64,000 nt of DNA from Geosiphon pyriformis uo1. Its lineage: Eukaryota > Fungi > Glomeromycota. Location of the stretch: positions 1,723,569-1,787,568 of the forward strand of contig JAAOMT010000664.1 in NCBI GenBank assembly GCA_016748015.1, in the 5' to 3' direction. Shown here in pieces: positions 52,558-64,000 of this stretch; position 1 is the stretch's first letter; each line of letters opens with the position of its first letter. The translations under genes and the position numbers were made by a program. Under the pieces are notes generated by a model. It saw only the letters and a list, made by a program, of their open reading frames with translations, was not told the origin of the DNA and ran no database searches.

Positions 52558-54985
52558 TTTTTTTTTTTTTATTTTTTTATTTAACAAGCGAGACCCAAAT
52601 ACTACCTAAACTATGATATCACAAAAGGAATTATATTATAGACGTAAATCATGTGTTTTCTACACGTGATCAGACACTTGGCCCAATCAAGGGCTCACTA
52701 TGCTAAATCAAAAGTAGGTAAGAATAATCTCAACTCATGAATTCTCTCTATGATACCATTTAGATTCCTAGAATCAAAAATAAACTCACTAAGAAACAAT
52801 CTAGTAGACTCAATATTGCCTCTGGTTTCAACACCAGACATTTGTCACAAAGCAATAATATGCTTAATAGTGTCTTTACTTAAAAAAGAAGGCTTAGCAG
52901 CCAAAACACCATCATAATCTATATTACCAAAGTCAACCTCAGATCTAAGACAAGCAATGTCTTTAGAAACTCCAACCATAAGGTTAGCAAAATTGTTAGC
53001 AGCACTTTTCATGGAAATGATATCTTTCTCGATCTGAACAGTCTTAATGGCATTATCATCAAAAAGACGAGACACCAAAGCAACCAAAGAACCAACAGGC
53101 TCAACAATAGACTTAATCAGAGCAGCCAAATCCGAAATCTGCTTTTCCAAAGAGTCTAACCTGGAACTAACAATGGGATCAGCAGCAGAAGCTGAAAAAG
53201 CCACTAAAGGAAGAAACTCAGAAAGACCAGAAGGAGCAGCAGCCTTGGCATATGAAGCAGAATCCACAAAACAAGACTTGAAAACCTTGGGAACCTTGGG
53301 AGTGGGAGGTGGAGAAATCTTGCAATCTGTGGCCAGATAGCCCATTTTTTGACACCTAAAGCAGTGCCAGCAGCCAGGAGTTTCCCACCAGATATGACAT
53401 TTCCTTAGAGTACCAGTCTTGACTACAGCAGAATCCAAATTGCCTTGAGAGTCAAACATAACCAAAGCAAACTGGGAATGATGACCAGAATCAGGAAAAC
53501 GAGGGATGAAACATGTTCGACCACCAATCTGAGAAATCATATCACTGATTTCAAAGGCAGTACAACCAGAGGGAAGGTTGACCAATTTGGCCTTAAACTT
53601 ATCACAAGACAAAATAGTCTCATTTTGATTCACCAGAGAGAGAATTCTAACACTATCCTTGCCCATCAAGACTAACCAATGCTTCAAGACAGACACAGCA
53701 GAATCCAACTTATCAAAATAAACCACCACGTACTGCCAAATGCCAGCAGGCTTCAGCACAACATGAGCAACACTACCAAACACACTGAAAGCCAACTTAA
53801 CGTCAGCAGCAGACACACCCAAAGGCACATCACACAGCACAACAGCAGCAGGAGAGGAACCAAATTCAGAAACCACCAAAGACTTGGCAATTTTGAGAGT
53901 GGCCAAATGAACAGAGCTTGTAATCTCAACCAGAAATGCAGCTTCCAAAGATTGTTAAGAAGCAAACTCCACACAGAAAAGCTTCACATTATCTTTTGAA
54001 ACAGATTTAGCATCCAAAAAACCATGCACAGACTGAAAAACAGCCTTAACATGAGCCAATTTGATTCTGAAAGTAGTACTAGGCACCAGAGTAGAGGCCA
54101 CCCACCCAGCAAACCTTTGACGACTAGTAATAGTTTTCCAAGCACCACCAGAAATAACATCAGAAACTAAAGGAGGAGATGAATCAGTTTCCATTTGATC
54201 AGCCCAGTTTCCAAGAACAGGTGACTCAACAGAAGAAGATTATTTTGCTTCTAAAACCGACAATGATCTGCCAGAAGACACCACATTTGGCAATACAGCC
54301 AGTGGTTGATCTTGACCCATCTTGGATGATATGCCAGATGATGCTATAGAGATCTTATTTAAGATCTCATTGGAAACTACAAAGGGGTTCGGTGTAACAA
54401 TAGCAGAGATAAGTGACTACTCCCACTTTTCTGAACTTCTGGTCTTTTTGACCATTTTTTTTAAAAAGGTGGTGCTAAAAGCACCAGGTGTTGAATCTAT
54501 AGAGGAGAAGACCAGCTTATTCACTGGTCTATTATTAAAAACTTTTGGGCTCTTGGTTGGGATGAAGGCAACACTGGGACTAACCCAGATGTGTCTTTTT
54601 GAGGGAACTTTGACTGGTAAGAAACCAGCCAAAGATGAGAAAGTTGCTTCAGTGGCTACCAAAGGCAGCTTATCACGATTACTGGGTAAGAAGAAGGCTT
54701 CTAAAACGTTTTGCCTAGTTGTTTCTACAACAAAGAAAGCTCCTCTGGTTGAAATTTTATTAGATATCTTAGGACAAATATCAGGTGCAGCTCTTTTACT
54801 CTTTGCTCTAGTTGTGGTCATAAAATTAAGGAGACAAAGAGTGTTTTTATTTTATTTTATTTTTTTTATTTATAAAAAAATTTGGGTTTTTATTAAAAAT
54901 AATAATATTATTATTATTTTATTTATTTTAAAATTTATTAAATAAAAAAAACTTTTATTTGTTTTAAATTTTTCAAAAAAAAAAA
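52558..54985 (-). mobile_element. ORF1-only non-autonomous retroposon (half-LINE/HAL1-like)
   Basis: Single ORF1-type frame 54821-52698, ~120-nt LINE-like 3' UTR, poly(A) (T-run 52558-52570), candidate TSD ATTTTTGCAAAA 52546-52557 / 54986-54997; no ORF2. Confidence 0.8.
52698..54821 (-). pseudogene. LINE ORF1-like RNA-binding protein (707 codons; RRM-like domains, Zn knuckle CFRCQKMGYLATDC, coiled coil), four internal stops, no frameshift
   Basis: ORF-track pieces 54417-54821, 53955-54194 and 52845-53948 share one frame; the stops are explained by CAG/CAA/TGG transitions. Confidence 0.8.
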
Positions 54986-55104
54986 ATTTTTGCAAAAAAG
55001 TTTTTGTTTTATTTTATTATATTTTTTATTATTTTACAAAATACAAATTTTTTTGTTTTAAATTTAATAATTATTATCAAATATAATATAGATTAATAAT
55101 ATAA

Positions 55105-55979
55105 TAAAAAATTTCTTTCTCTTCTATGTCTCTAATTCTTCAAAAAACATTTTTTCGAAAAAGAAGTTTTTTATTTTTTATTTTTTTTATTAGTTTTTTA
55201 CAACATTTTTCAAATAAATAATCTCTTTATAGTAAACCTAATAGCTGTTTTAAGTAACAGTATATCAAAAAAAAAAAGCATTTAAGGAAGCTTTTTACAA
55301 TTCTGTTGGGATTTTTTTCCAAAAAAAAAAGATTTTAGTTGGCAATATTAAGTATTTTAATAATAAAAAAAATATTTCTCTGGTTAAACTTGATATTAGC
55401 AGTAATATATACTCAAATAAAAACAGTGTATTTGGTAACAACAAAGATAATAGTATGTTTTTAAATGTTAGTAATAGCTTTTTTCTTGGTTAGCAACAAA
55501 TATTTCTAAAGTAAAAAGAGCAGATATTAGTCTGAAATGTGGTTTTTTTATTAATACAATTAATTATGACATAGATAAAAATAAAAGATCTCTCTTTTTT
55601 TTATTCAATATCTTTTTAGACCAAAAATAAATCAATTCAAAAATAGTAAAAACTCAGATTAAAGTGTTTGTTAAAAAAAATTTTGTTTTTAACATTAAAT
55701 TTTCTGTAATAAAAAAAAATTGACTACTATAAAAACTTTAAGTAATTAAAAAATGTTTTTATTAATTAATAGTTTTAGGAAGAAGTCATTATTTCTTTAA
55801 AATTTAAAGAAATTATTAGATCTATATTTATGTAAAAAAAGCATAAACAAAGTTATATTATTGGCTAAAAAGAAAAGAATTAAAGTAAATAGCAATCTTA
55901 AAAGACAAAGAATTAAGTCAAATTGGACTGTAATAATCAAAAAAATTCCCATAGATATGTTAAAAAAAATAATTATTAT
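55105..55979 (+). mobile_element. 5' part of a highly decayed LINE (ORF1 start), interrupted by a family A LTR
   Basis: SKKKKAFKEAF..GFF..KKK.LVGNIKY; later KKNFV.NIKFSVI and LINSFRR resemble KSFTLDI and VDGFGR of the other ORF1s. Confidence 0.6.
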
Positions 55980-57432
55980 TGTTATCAATAAAATTTTAAC
56001 CATTAAATTAACATAAAATTACTTTTATAATTTTTATTATTAATTAGCATATATCAAATATTATTTCAATTATTACTTATTATTTAATCAAATTATTGAA
56101 TATTACTAGTTAATTAATAACCCAATTTGTATAATAGAAAGTAAGATAATTAGATTACATAATACTCTAAACTATATAACATTCAAAATTTGCTAAAATT
56201 TGCCAAAATTCGTAAAATATCTTAATAATTTACCAAAATTATTTATAGTTTGTAAAAACAACTTGTAATTTGTCAAAATATATCATTAGTTTGTCGAAAT
56301 TATAGCAAAAAAAAAATTCAAGTTTATAGAATAGTATTATAACAAGTTGTATAAAAAAAAAACTTCTTTTTTTAAGAAAATATATCTTACTTAAAATCAT
56401 CTTAGTTAGAATTAATTATTTTATATATATCTTTACAAGAAAACAAAATAAAAAATTAAATACTTTGAAAACCCAACTTTTTTAAAATAATTACATTTAA
56501 CATTCTTTGAAACCCAATTAATATTTTTGAAATTAATTAACTACCAATTTCAATAAATCTGTTAGTAATTTCAGATTTGAACAAAAAACGATTTCCTCAA
56601 CAAAATTCTATTTTTTTTACATTTTTGTTATTTTTTTTATTTTTTTATTATAATTATTAAGGTAGTCTACAGACAAAATTTCTGTAAAAAAGTTGACTTT
56701 TTTAGCAAAGTAACTACACATTTTTAGGGAGCTTTCAGATAAGCAATTCCTAAAAATAAGTTGATATTTACTATAATATAATTATATAAAATAACTGATA
56801 CAAAATTGGCCATTCTACTTATAAGGCCAATAGTTCAAATTATAAGAGATAATTTGAAGATAAATTCAATTATTGGAGATTTAATAGCTTTTAATAAACA
56901 TGAATTAAACAATAAACTAATATTAACAACATTTAAGAAAAGAGACCAAAAACCTTCAATAATATTTGGTGCTCTTCTATAAAAATAACACAGCAATAAC
57001 AGCTTCAAAGTAGTGACCACATTAAACATAACAACTCTAGAATACTATTAGTTAATTTACACTTACTACAAACAATAATTTAAAATTCAAGATAAAATTA
57101 CAGTTTTTAAGAAAACACTTTTTCAATACATTAAAAATTAAATCAATAAATACTTTTTTAGAGACTACAATATTACAAAAGTCAAGTAAAATCTTCTTAA
57201 AAATATCATTTATTACTCAAATAGAAATCCAGAAAACATTAGTGCTAATAGTTATGCTACTTATTTTGAAAAACTTGATTATAATATTATTATATTTTAC
57301 AAAGAAAAGTATTCTGTAAACTCACAATTTATTTTTGAACTTAAATCTGAATTTAAAACAAACAAAAAAATATGTAACCAATTTACACAACATTTAATAC
57401 ACCAAAAACAATCTTTTAATACTTGTAAACAC
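55980..57432 (+). mobile_element. Older family A element: 5' LTR 55980-56964, PBS, 5' gag to 57432
   Basis: Transition-decayed copy of 57433-58890; tttggtgctc follows the LTR. Confidence 0.85.
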
Positions 57433-60400
57433 TGTTACCAGACGAAATTAGAGATATTATTTAGCATGAAATTATCTTTATAATTTCTATCATTAATTAA
57501 CATATATTATCATTTCAAATTATTACTTAATATATTAGCAAAATGTCCAAAATTATCATTTAATTAATAACCCAATTTGTACATAACACAAATGTAACCT
57601 AATCATAATGATTAATCATGCAATACCCCAAACTATGTAACATTCAAAAAGTTTGCCAAAATTTGTAGAAATTTGCCAAAATAATTGATAGTTTACCAAA
57701 ATATCTAATAGTTTGCAAAAATAACTTATAGTTTGTCAAAATGTATCTTTAGTTCAGTGAAATTGTAGAAAAGAACAAAGTTTAAGTTCATAGAATAGTG
57801 TTACAACAAGTTGTATAAAAGAAAAGCTTTTCTCTTCAAGAAAATGTATCTTACTTTAGATTTATCTCTTAAAACCGTTCCTATACACACAAAAAGAAAT
57901 AAATATCAAATAATTCGAAAAAAAAACCAAATTCTTTAATTATTGTACTTGGAAAATTCCCAAAACCCAACTAACATTTCGAAATTGATTAGCTACCAAT
58001 TTCAGTAAACTGTTAGTGACTCCAAGCCTGGATAGAAAACGTTCCCTTGATAAAATCCTATTTCTTTTATATTTTTTTTATTTATTTTTTTTCTTATTAC
58101 AATCATTAGGGTAGCCTACAGACAAGATTCCTGTAGAAGAGTTGACTTTCACAGCAAAGTAACTATACATTTTAGTGAGCTTCCAGACGAGCAATTCCTG
58201 GGAAAGAGTTGACATTTACTACAATGTAACTATACAAGTAACTGGTACAGAATTGGCCATTCCACTCATAAGCTCAGCAAGTTCAAATTATAGGAGATAA
58301 TTTGAAAATAAATTCAGTTACTGGAGGTCCAACTACTTCCTGGAAACGTGAATTCACAACGAAACAACATTAACAACATTTAAGAAAAGAGACCAAAAAT
58401 CTCTGGTAACATTTGGTGCTCTTCTATGGAAATAACACAGCAACAACAAATTCAAAGTGGCAACTGCCTCAGACATCACAACCTTAGAGTACTATCAATC
58501 AATTTATACACACTGCAAATAACAATTTGAAATACGCAACCAATTCATAGCTTTCAAGAAAACACTTTTTCAATACATCAAAAATTGAATCAACGACTAC
58601 CTTTTTGAAAACTATAACATTACAATGGTTAAAAGAGATTTTTTTGAGAACATATTACACTATTCCAACACTGAATCAGAAAACATTAGTGCTGAAGCTT
58701 GCACTACTTATTTTGAAGAACTTGATTATAATATTATTCGATTCTGTAAAGAAAAATATCCTGCAAACGCACAATTTGTCCTTGAACTCGAATCTGAACC
58801 TGAAACCAATAGTAACAAAAGACAAAGAGATAACCAACCTGTTCACACAACACCCAATACTCCCAAAATACCATTCAAACACTTACAAACACCTGAACAA
58901 GGAACCAGTTCAAAACTTCCACTTACTATCACACTTTTTCCAGCTTCACTTGCACAAGCACAAACACCTAATTCACTCTTGAATCAATTTGCAAGACCAA
59001 AAAATTTTACATCACTTAGAAGTCCCACCAGACAACAAGAACCCCTTCAAACTAGTTCCAATTTCCTTGACTTTCTAGCTGAAAATCAAAGTGAACACTC
59101 TGAGACAGCAGTGAACAAAGAAAATGAACCTGAAATATCTGAAGAAGAGTCAATAGACAGTAAAAACAAAGAAGACAAAATGACAACATATATCACAAAA
59201 ATCTCTGAATTTAATGGAGAAGACATTGAGACCAGTCCCCAAGAATGGCTCGATCAAGTTACTAAAGCCGGAAACACAAATGGATGGAACGCTGCCAGAA
59301 TGTTAAGAACAATTTCCTACTTTCTCAAAGGAACAGCAGGAGAATGGTTTGAAAACTTGGCCACCCCATTCAATGATTGAAATGCTTTCAAAGCACCCTT
59401 CCTTGAACAGTTCACCGACAATAACACCTCCATCACTCTTTGCAATCATTTTCAAAATATCAAACAAGAACCCTCTGAATCTGTTATGACTTATATTGGG
59501 AAATTCAACAAACTTCTCAGACGAATTTGCCAACTCGAAACAAACAATTATTATTCCGATGCTCAAATCTTGGATCAATTTATTGCTGGTCTAAAAGATA
59601 AACTAATTAAAAAGGTTTGCCCACATGTGCCAAAAGATTTAAACTCTGCCATACAGCATGCGAAAAGATACAAAATGACCATGGAAGAGGCCAATTGCAC
59701 CAAACTTGTAAATTTGGCAATTGGAGAAACCAGCTCAGCAGCTGAAAAAAAAATTGACCAACTCACAAAGAAGGTTGAAAACTATTTTACTAACCAACAA
59801 CAACAGCAACCCCAAAGATATCAACCACCTCAAAAACGAAATCAAAACAACTTTGCACCACTTTCTAATAACCAACCTCGGAATTGCCATTACTGTGGAA
59901 TCTCTGGCCACTGGAAAAGAGATTGCAGAAAGCTACAACGAAACCAACAAAATAGAAGTAATCAACGTTACCTTCCACTACAGCAATCTTATTATCAACC
60001 ACCACTACCAGCTTACTATCTACCAAGACCCCAATACCAAAATAACTATTATCAGCCTGCTCCACAGCCAATCTAACAGCAATACCAACAACCACCCACA
60101 CAACATTATCAAGTACCTACTCAAAAACTGAGTACACAAAGTCAATTCCCACCACAAAACCGATACCAAGTAAACAACAATAGAATCAGTTTAAACAACC
60201 AATTGGTTCCCCAAAATTCCACTCAACCAAGATCCAACTACTATCACACTCAACCCAGTTATTTAACAATGTCAGAAGAACAGGAGTTTCACCATACTGC
60301 ACTCTCAGAAGGTAGAGCTGCAGCACAACAACAAAACCCTTCTCATAATCACACCACTATTCCACCAGTCTGAATTGCTGAAAATGCCAATCTCTCTGAT

Positions 60401-63400
60401 ATTTTTCCTTTCGAGTTCGAAACCAATAAATCACTATTTCTACTTAGCAATGCAACTGCCAATGAACAAAAAGCAATCACGGCTATGTACACTGAAGCAG
60501 AAATCGAAGGAAAGACAATTCACTTGATCCTAAACAGTGGATCTGCCGGAAGCATTATCACCTACCAGTTAATGCAACAGTTGAAGAGAAATGTCGACCG
60601 ACCAGCTCAAATAGTAATCGTCACTGCCAATGGCATGAAAAAGACCCCAGTAGGAGAAATTGACAATTTTCCGTTTACACTTGATGGAATCATCATTCCA
60701 GTTAAAGTTCTTGTAATGGATGCATTCCAGTACCAAGCTCTCGTCAGAAATGATTGGCTCAATAAAGCCAATGCTAATCTGAATTGCGAAACACAAGAGT
60801 TAACAATCTTCTATGAAGGACAACATGCCCAGGTACCTGCCACTTGTGATACATTCAACAAATGCTCTGAAAAAGCCCTGGCTTTTGAATTTGAACTGGA
60901 AGAAGAAAAATCCCTCATTGAAACATTCATGGCTTTTGGATCAACATCCAACTGAGCCAATAAAACAGAACAAAAACATTTTACCCTGTACTCTAAACCC
61001 GAAACCTCTGGATGGAATATACCTTACTCAAAACCCGAACCAAGGAAACAACGCCCCTATATTCTCCTTCAATATAAGGACTGCCACAAGAAACTATTAT
61101 CAATGGGAGCCTGCATTTCACCTAAAGAAGAATATGAAAATCATACCTGTTATTACTGCAAGACTTGCCACAAAGAATGATGGGGCCATCTAATAAAAAG
61201 AAGCAGAAAATGTGACAACACCCCTTGTTTGACTTGTGGAAATATGCTACTGGAAGAATACAATTGGATTGATGTAGCCATAAGAGGAGGAGTCTGCAAT
61301 CAGACCTGCCAATATGCTTTATTAATTGCAGAAAAAGTAAAAAGAGAAACACCCTTTAATGCAGCATACAACAGTGTTCTCAACAAACTTTATTACTATC
61401 CCCATGATGCCAAGATGATTTTTGACTTAGCAATAGCATTAATTAATGGAGCTACCAAGGAAGATGTTTGTCAAATAAAGGAAACAGAATACATTGAATA
61501 CACCATGGAATTAGCTGGATTCAATTACGAAGATGAAATAGAAATCTACTACCAAATTGCAAGTCATACCTACTCAACCCAAGAAGCTCAAATTCAATAA
61601 TTAGAGCAAATGAACATTAAGCTATGTGAAGAATGCATTATGTCTTGTGATGAACAGTAGTGTCCTGAATGCTATGCTCTTAGTATCCTCTTGCCCAGTG
61701 GAAATAATGAGAACGAAATTGAATTTGGAGAACCTAAAGCAATGGAAAAAATTGAAACAACATCCATCTACCTTATCAAAAATCAGCCTGTCTTACAACT
61801 TAAATACTTCAACAACAACGAACAAGGAATAAAACCCAAAAAAGCACACGAAATTGATGCTGAATATGACCTAAGATATCCAGGCAAGGATACTCTTGTT
61901 CTTAAACCCAAATCTCTCACAAAAATCAACCTCAAAATTGCACTCGAAATCCCACCAGGAGCAATGGTTCAAATCACCTCCTGGTCCTCTCTGGCAAGCA
62001 AAAGAATTAATGTCAGAGGAGGAATAATCAATGCTGGATATACTGGAGACATCACAGTGATGCTTCAAAATGAAACTGACAAACCATTCAAAACAAACAT
62101 GCTGAAAAAATTGCCCAAGCTATTTACCTATCCCTAATCAACATTTCGGGTTTGCAACTAGTCAATCAAAGAGAACAATTAGGAAAAAGCAATAGAGAAA
62201 CCCAAGGTTTTGGTTCAACTGGATGATTCACAGTTTCAGTTAATATAGCTCTTAACACACAGAATGAATCCGACCAGATTCTCAGACTTCCACAACCAGT
62301 TACCATCTCACCTTTTGGAGAACATCCGGAAATCTACATTTGCCCAAAGCCAACAACCACACAACAAATTTTTGAATCCAATGAACAAGTCTGCTTGGAA
62401 CATAATATTTTGATCCCAAACATTTATATTCCAGAAGGAACAAAGAAAGTCCAAGTTACTTTTTACAACTCCAATAATTACCCCATAGTTTTATTAAATA
62501 AATTAGAAATTGGAGTTATTCACAGTAATATATTTCAACAAGAATTACCCCAAACAGTCCCCAATTTTTCTGAAATTATTGGACATTCACTACCAAAAAT
62601 CAATCCAAACCCCAGCTCCAAAAACTACCATGTTGTCATGGAAAAACTATCTCGAATCAACATGGGACAACTTGAACCACAACAACAGACCCAGCTCAAA
62701 GAACTAATTGCAGAATTTGCTAATATCTTTGCTGAAAACAACAATGACTTAAGAAGAACTGATTTGGTCCAACACCAAATTTATACAGGAGATGCCAAAC
62801 CAAGAAGACAACAAGCATATCGAGTTGCTCCAGAAAGTCACCAATTTATCCAAAAAGAAGTACAATGGATGCTTAACAATAGGCTTATCCAACCATCAAT
62901 GAGTCCATAGGCCTCACTTATGGTTCTAGTTAAAAAAAAAATGGAAAGATACGATTTTGTGTTGATTATCAACAACTCAATAGTGTCACCATTGGAGATG
63001 CCTACCCTCTTTCTCGAATCGATGACATGTTAGATACCCTTGGAAAATCTAAATACTTTTCAACATTAGATCTAGAAAGTGGATACTGGCAAGTTAACAT
63101 GGATTCCAAGGACTGTCCCAAAACAGCATTCACAACACAAGGAGGAAACTACAAATTCAATGTAATGCTCTTTGAATTATACAATACACCAGCAACATTC
63201 CAAAGACTCATGAATGTTGTATATGCTGGACTCCTTTGGAAATCAGTAGTTGTCTATCTTGATGACATTGATGTTTATTCCCCATCTTTCGAACTCCATT
63301 TAATTCACTTGCGAAAAGTTTTTCAACAATTACGTAGAGCAGGATTAAAACTAAACATTAAGAAATGCCATTTTGGAAAAACAAGTCTGGCCTTTCTCAG

Positions 63401-63524
63401 TCATATAGTTAGTGAAGAAGGAGTCAAACCAGATCCAGAAAAAATCAGTGCTGTTAAGAACTTCAAAGTTCTATGAAATACTACAGAACTAAGAGGATTC
63501 ATAGGATTAGCATCCTACTATCAG
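57433..63524 (+). mobile_element. Ty3/Gypsy family A element (5' LTR 57433-58411, PBS 58414-58421, single gag-pol frame: gag, CCHC, PR, Cys-rich insert, dUTPase, RT), interrupted at 63525
   Basis: LTR TGTTACCAG...CTGGTAACA; CHYCGISGHWKRDC; LILNSGSAGS; RFCVDY, TLDLESGYWQ, YLDDI. ORF pieces 58625-62137 share one frame. Confidence 0.93.
61826..62223 (+). pseudogene. Trimeric-type dUTPase domain within Gypsy pol (frameshift near 62092)
   Basis: Motifs DAEYDL (I), WSSLA (II, RSS), GGIINAGYTG (III), KIAQAI (IV), RETQGFGSTG (V). Confidence 0.9.
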
Positions 63525-64000
63525 TGTTACTGGAGGTTTTTGGTCTCTTTTCTGTAATGTTGTTGATACTTATTTGCTGTGAATTTACGTTTCCTGGGTG
63601 TGGTTGAACCTCCAGTAACTGAATTTTTAACTTCAAATTATCTTCTATAATTTGAACTTGCTGGGTTTATGAGTGGAATGGCCAATTCCATGCCAGTTGT
63701 TTTATGTAGTTACATTGTAGTAAATGTCAACTCTTTCCCAGGAATTGCTCGTCTGGAAGCTCACTAAAAATGTGTAGTTATTTTGCTGTGAAAGTCAACT
63801 CTTCTACAGGAATCTCATCTGTAGGCTACCCTAATGATTGTAATAAGAAAAGAAAAGAAAAATAAAAGAAGTGTAAAAGAAATAGGATTTTATCAAGAGA
63901 AACATTTTCTATCCAGGCCTGGAGTTACTAACAGTTTACTGAAATTGGTAGCTAATTAATTTCAAAATGTTAGTTGGGTTTTGGGGATTTTCCAAGTGCA
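63525..64000 (-). mobile_element. Family A LTR inserted antisense into pol of the 57433 element (3' LTR or solo LTR), truncated by window
   Basis: TGTTACTGGAGG begins right after GFIGLASYYQ; nearly identical to 242-717; no PBS on its left. Confidence 0.92.

Noticed and set aside
54322-54945. 207-aa plus-strand ORF and similar antisense ORFs across the TEs and host genes
   Set aside because: Shadow ORFs antisense to recognisable coding frames, with no motifs.
60190-60196. TTTAAAC slippery heptamer in family A gag
   Set aside because: gag and PR are already in the same frame, so no shift is needed; likely a C>T product.

Overview
Eukaryotic (fungal) genomic window, very AT-rich. Gene and TE style suggest Mucoromycota/Glomeromycotina, resembling Geosiphon-type sequence; this is inferred from recall, not searched. 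A central gene island (~36.8-51.3 kb) holds three intron-containing minus-strand host genes: an MTD1-type methylenetetrahydrofolate dehydrogenase, a ~1920-aa myosin-motor chitin synthase (class V/VII), and a ~1500-aa coiled-coil protein whose spliced sequence reveals a dynein-adaptor-like CC1 box and a Spindly-like motif. Both flanks are nested, decayed retroelements. These include three near-full-length APE-RT-RNaseH LINEs, LINE fragments, and an ORF1-only 'half-LINE' with poly(A), a TSD and a structured 3' tail shared with the LINEs. There is a complete Ty3/Gypsy element (family B, 8217-15989) with a -1 slippery site and an extra ORF after integrase. A second Ty3/Gypsy family (A) is represented by six LTRs of different ages, and its pol carries a Cys-rich insert and a dUTPase. 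All TEs show heavy C>T/G>A transition decay in CpG and non-CpG contexts, while the host genes look unaffected.
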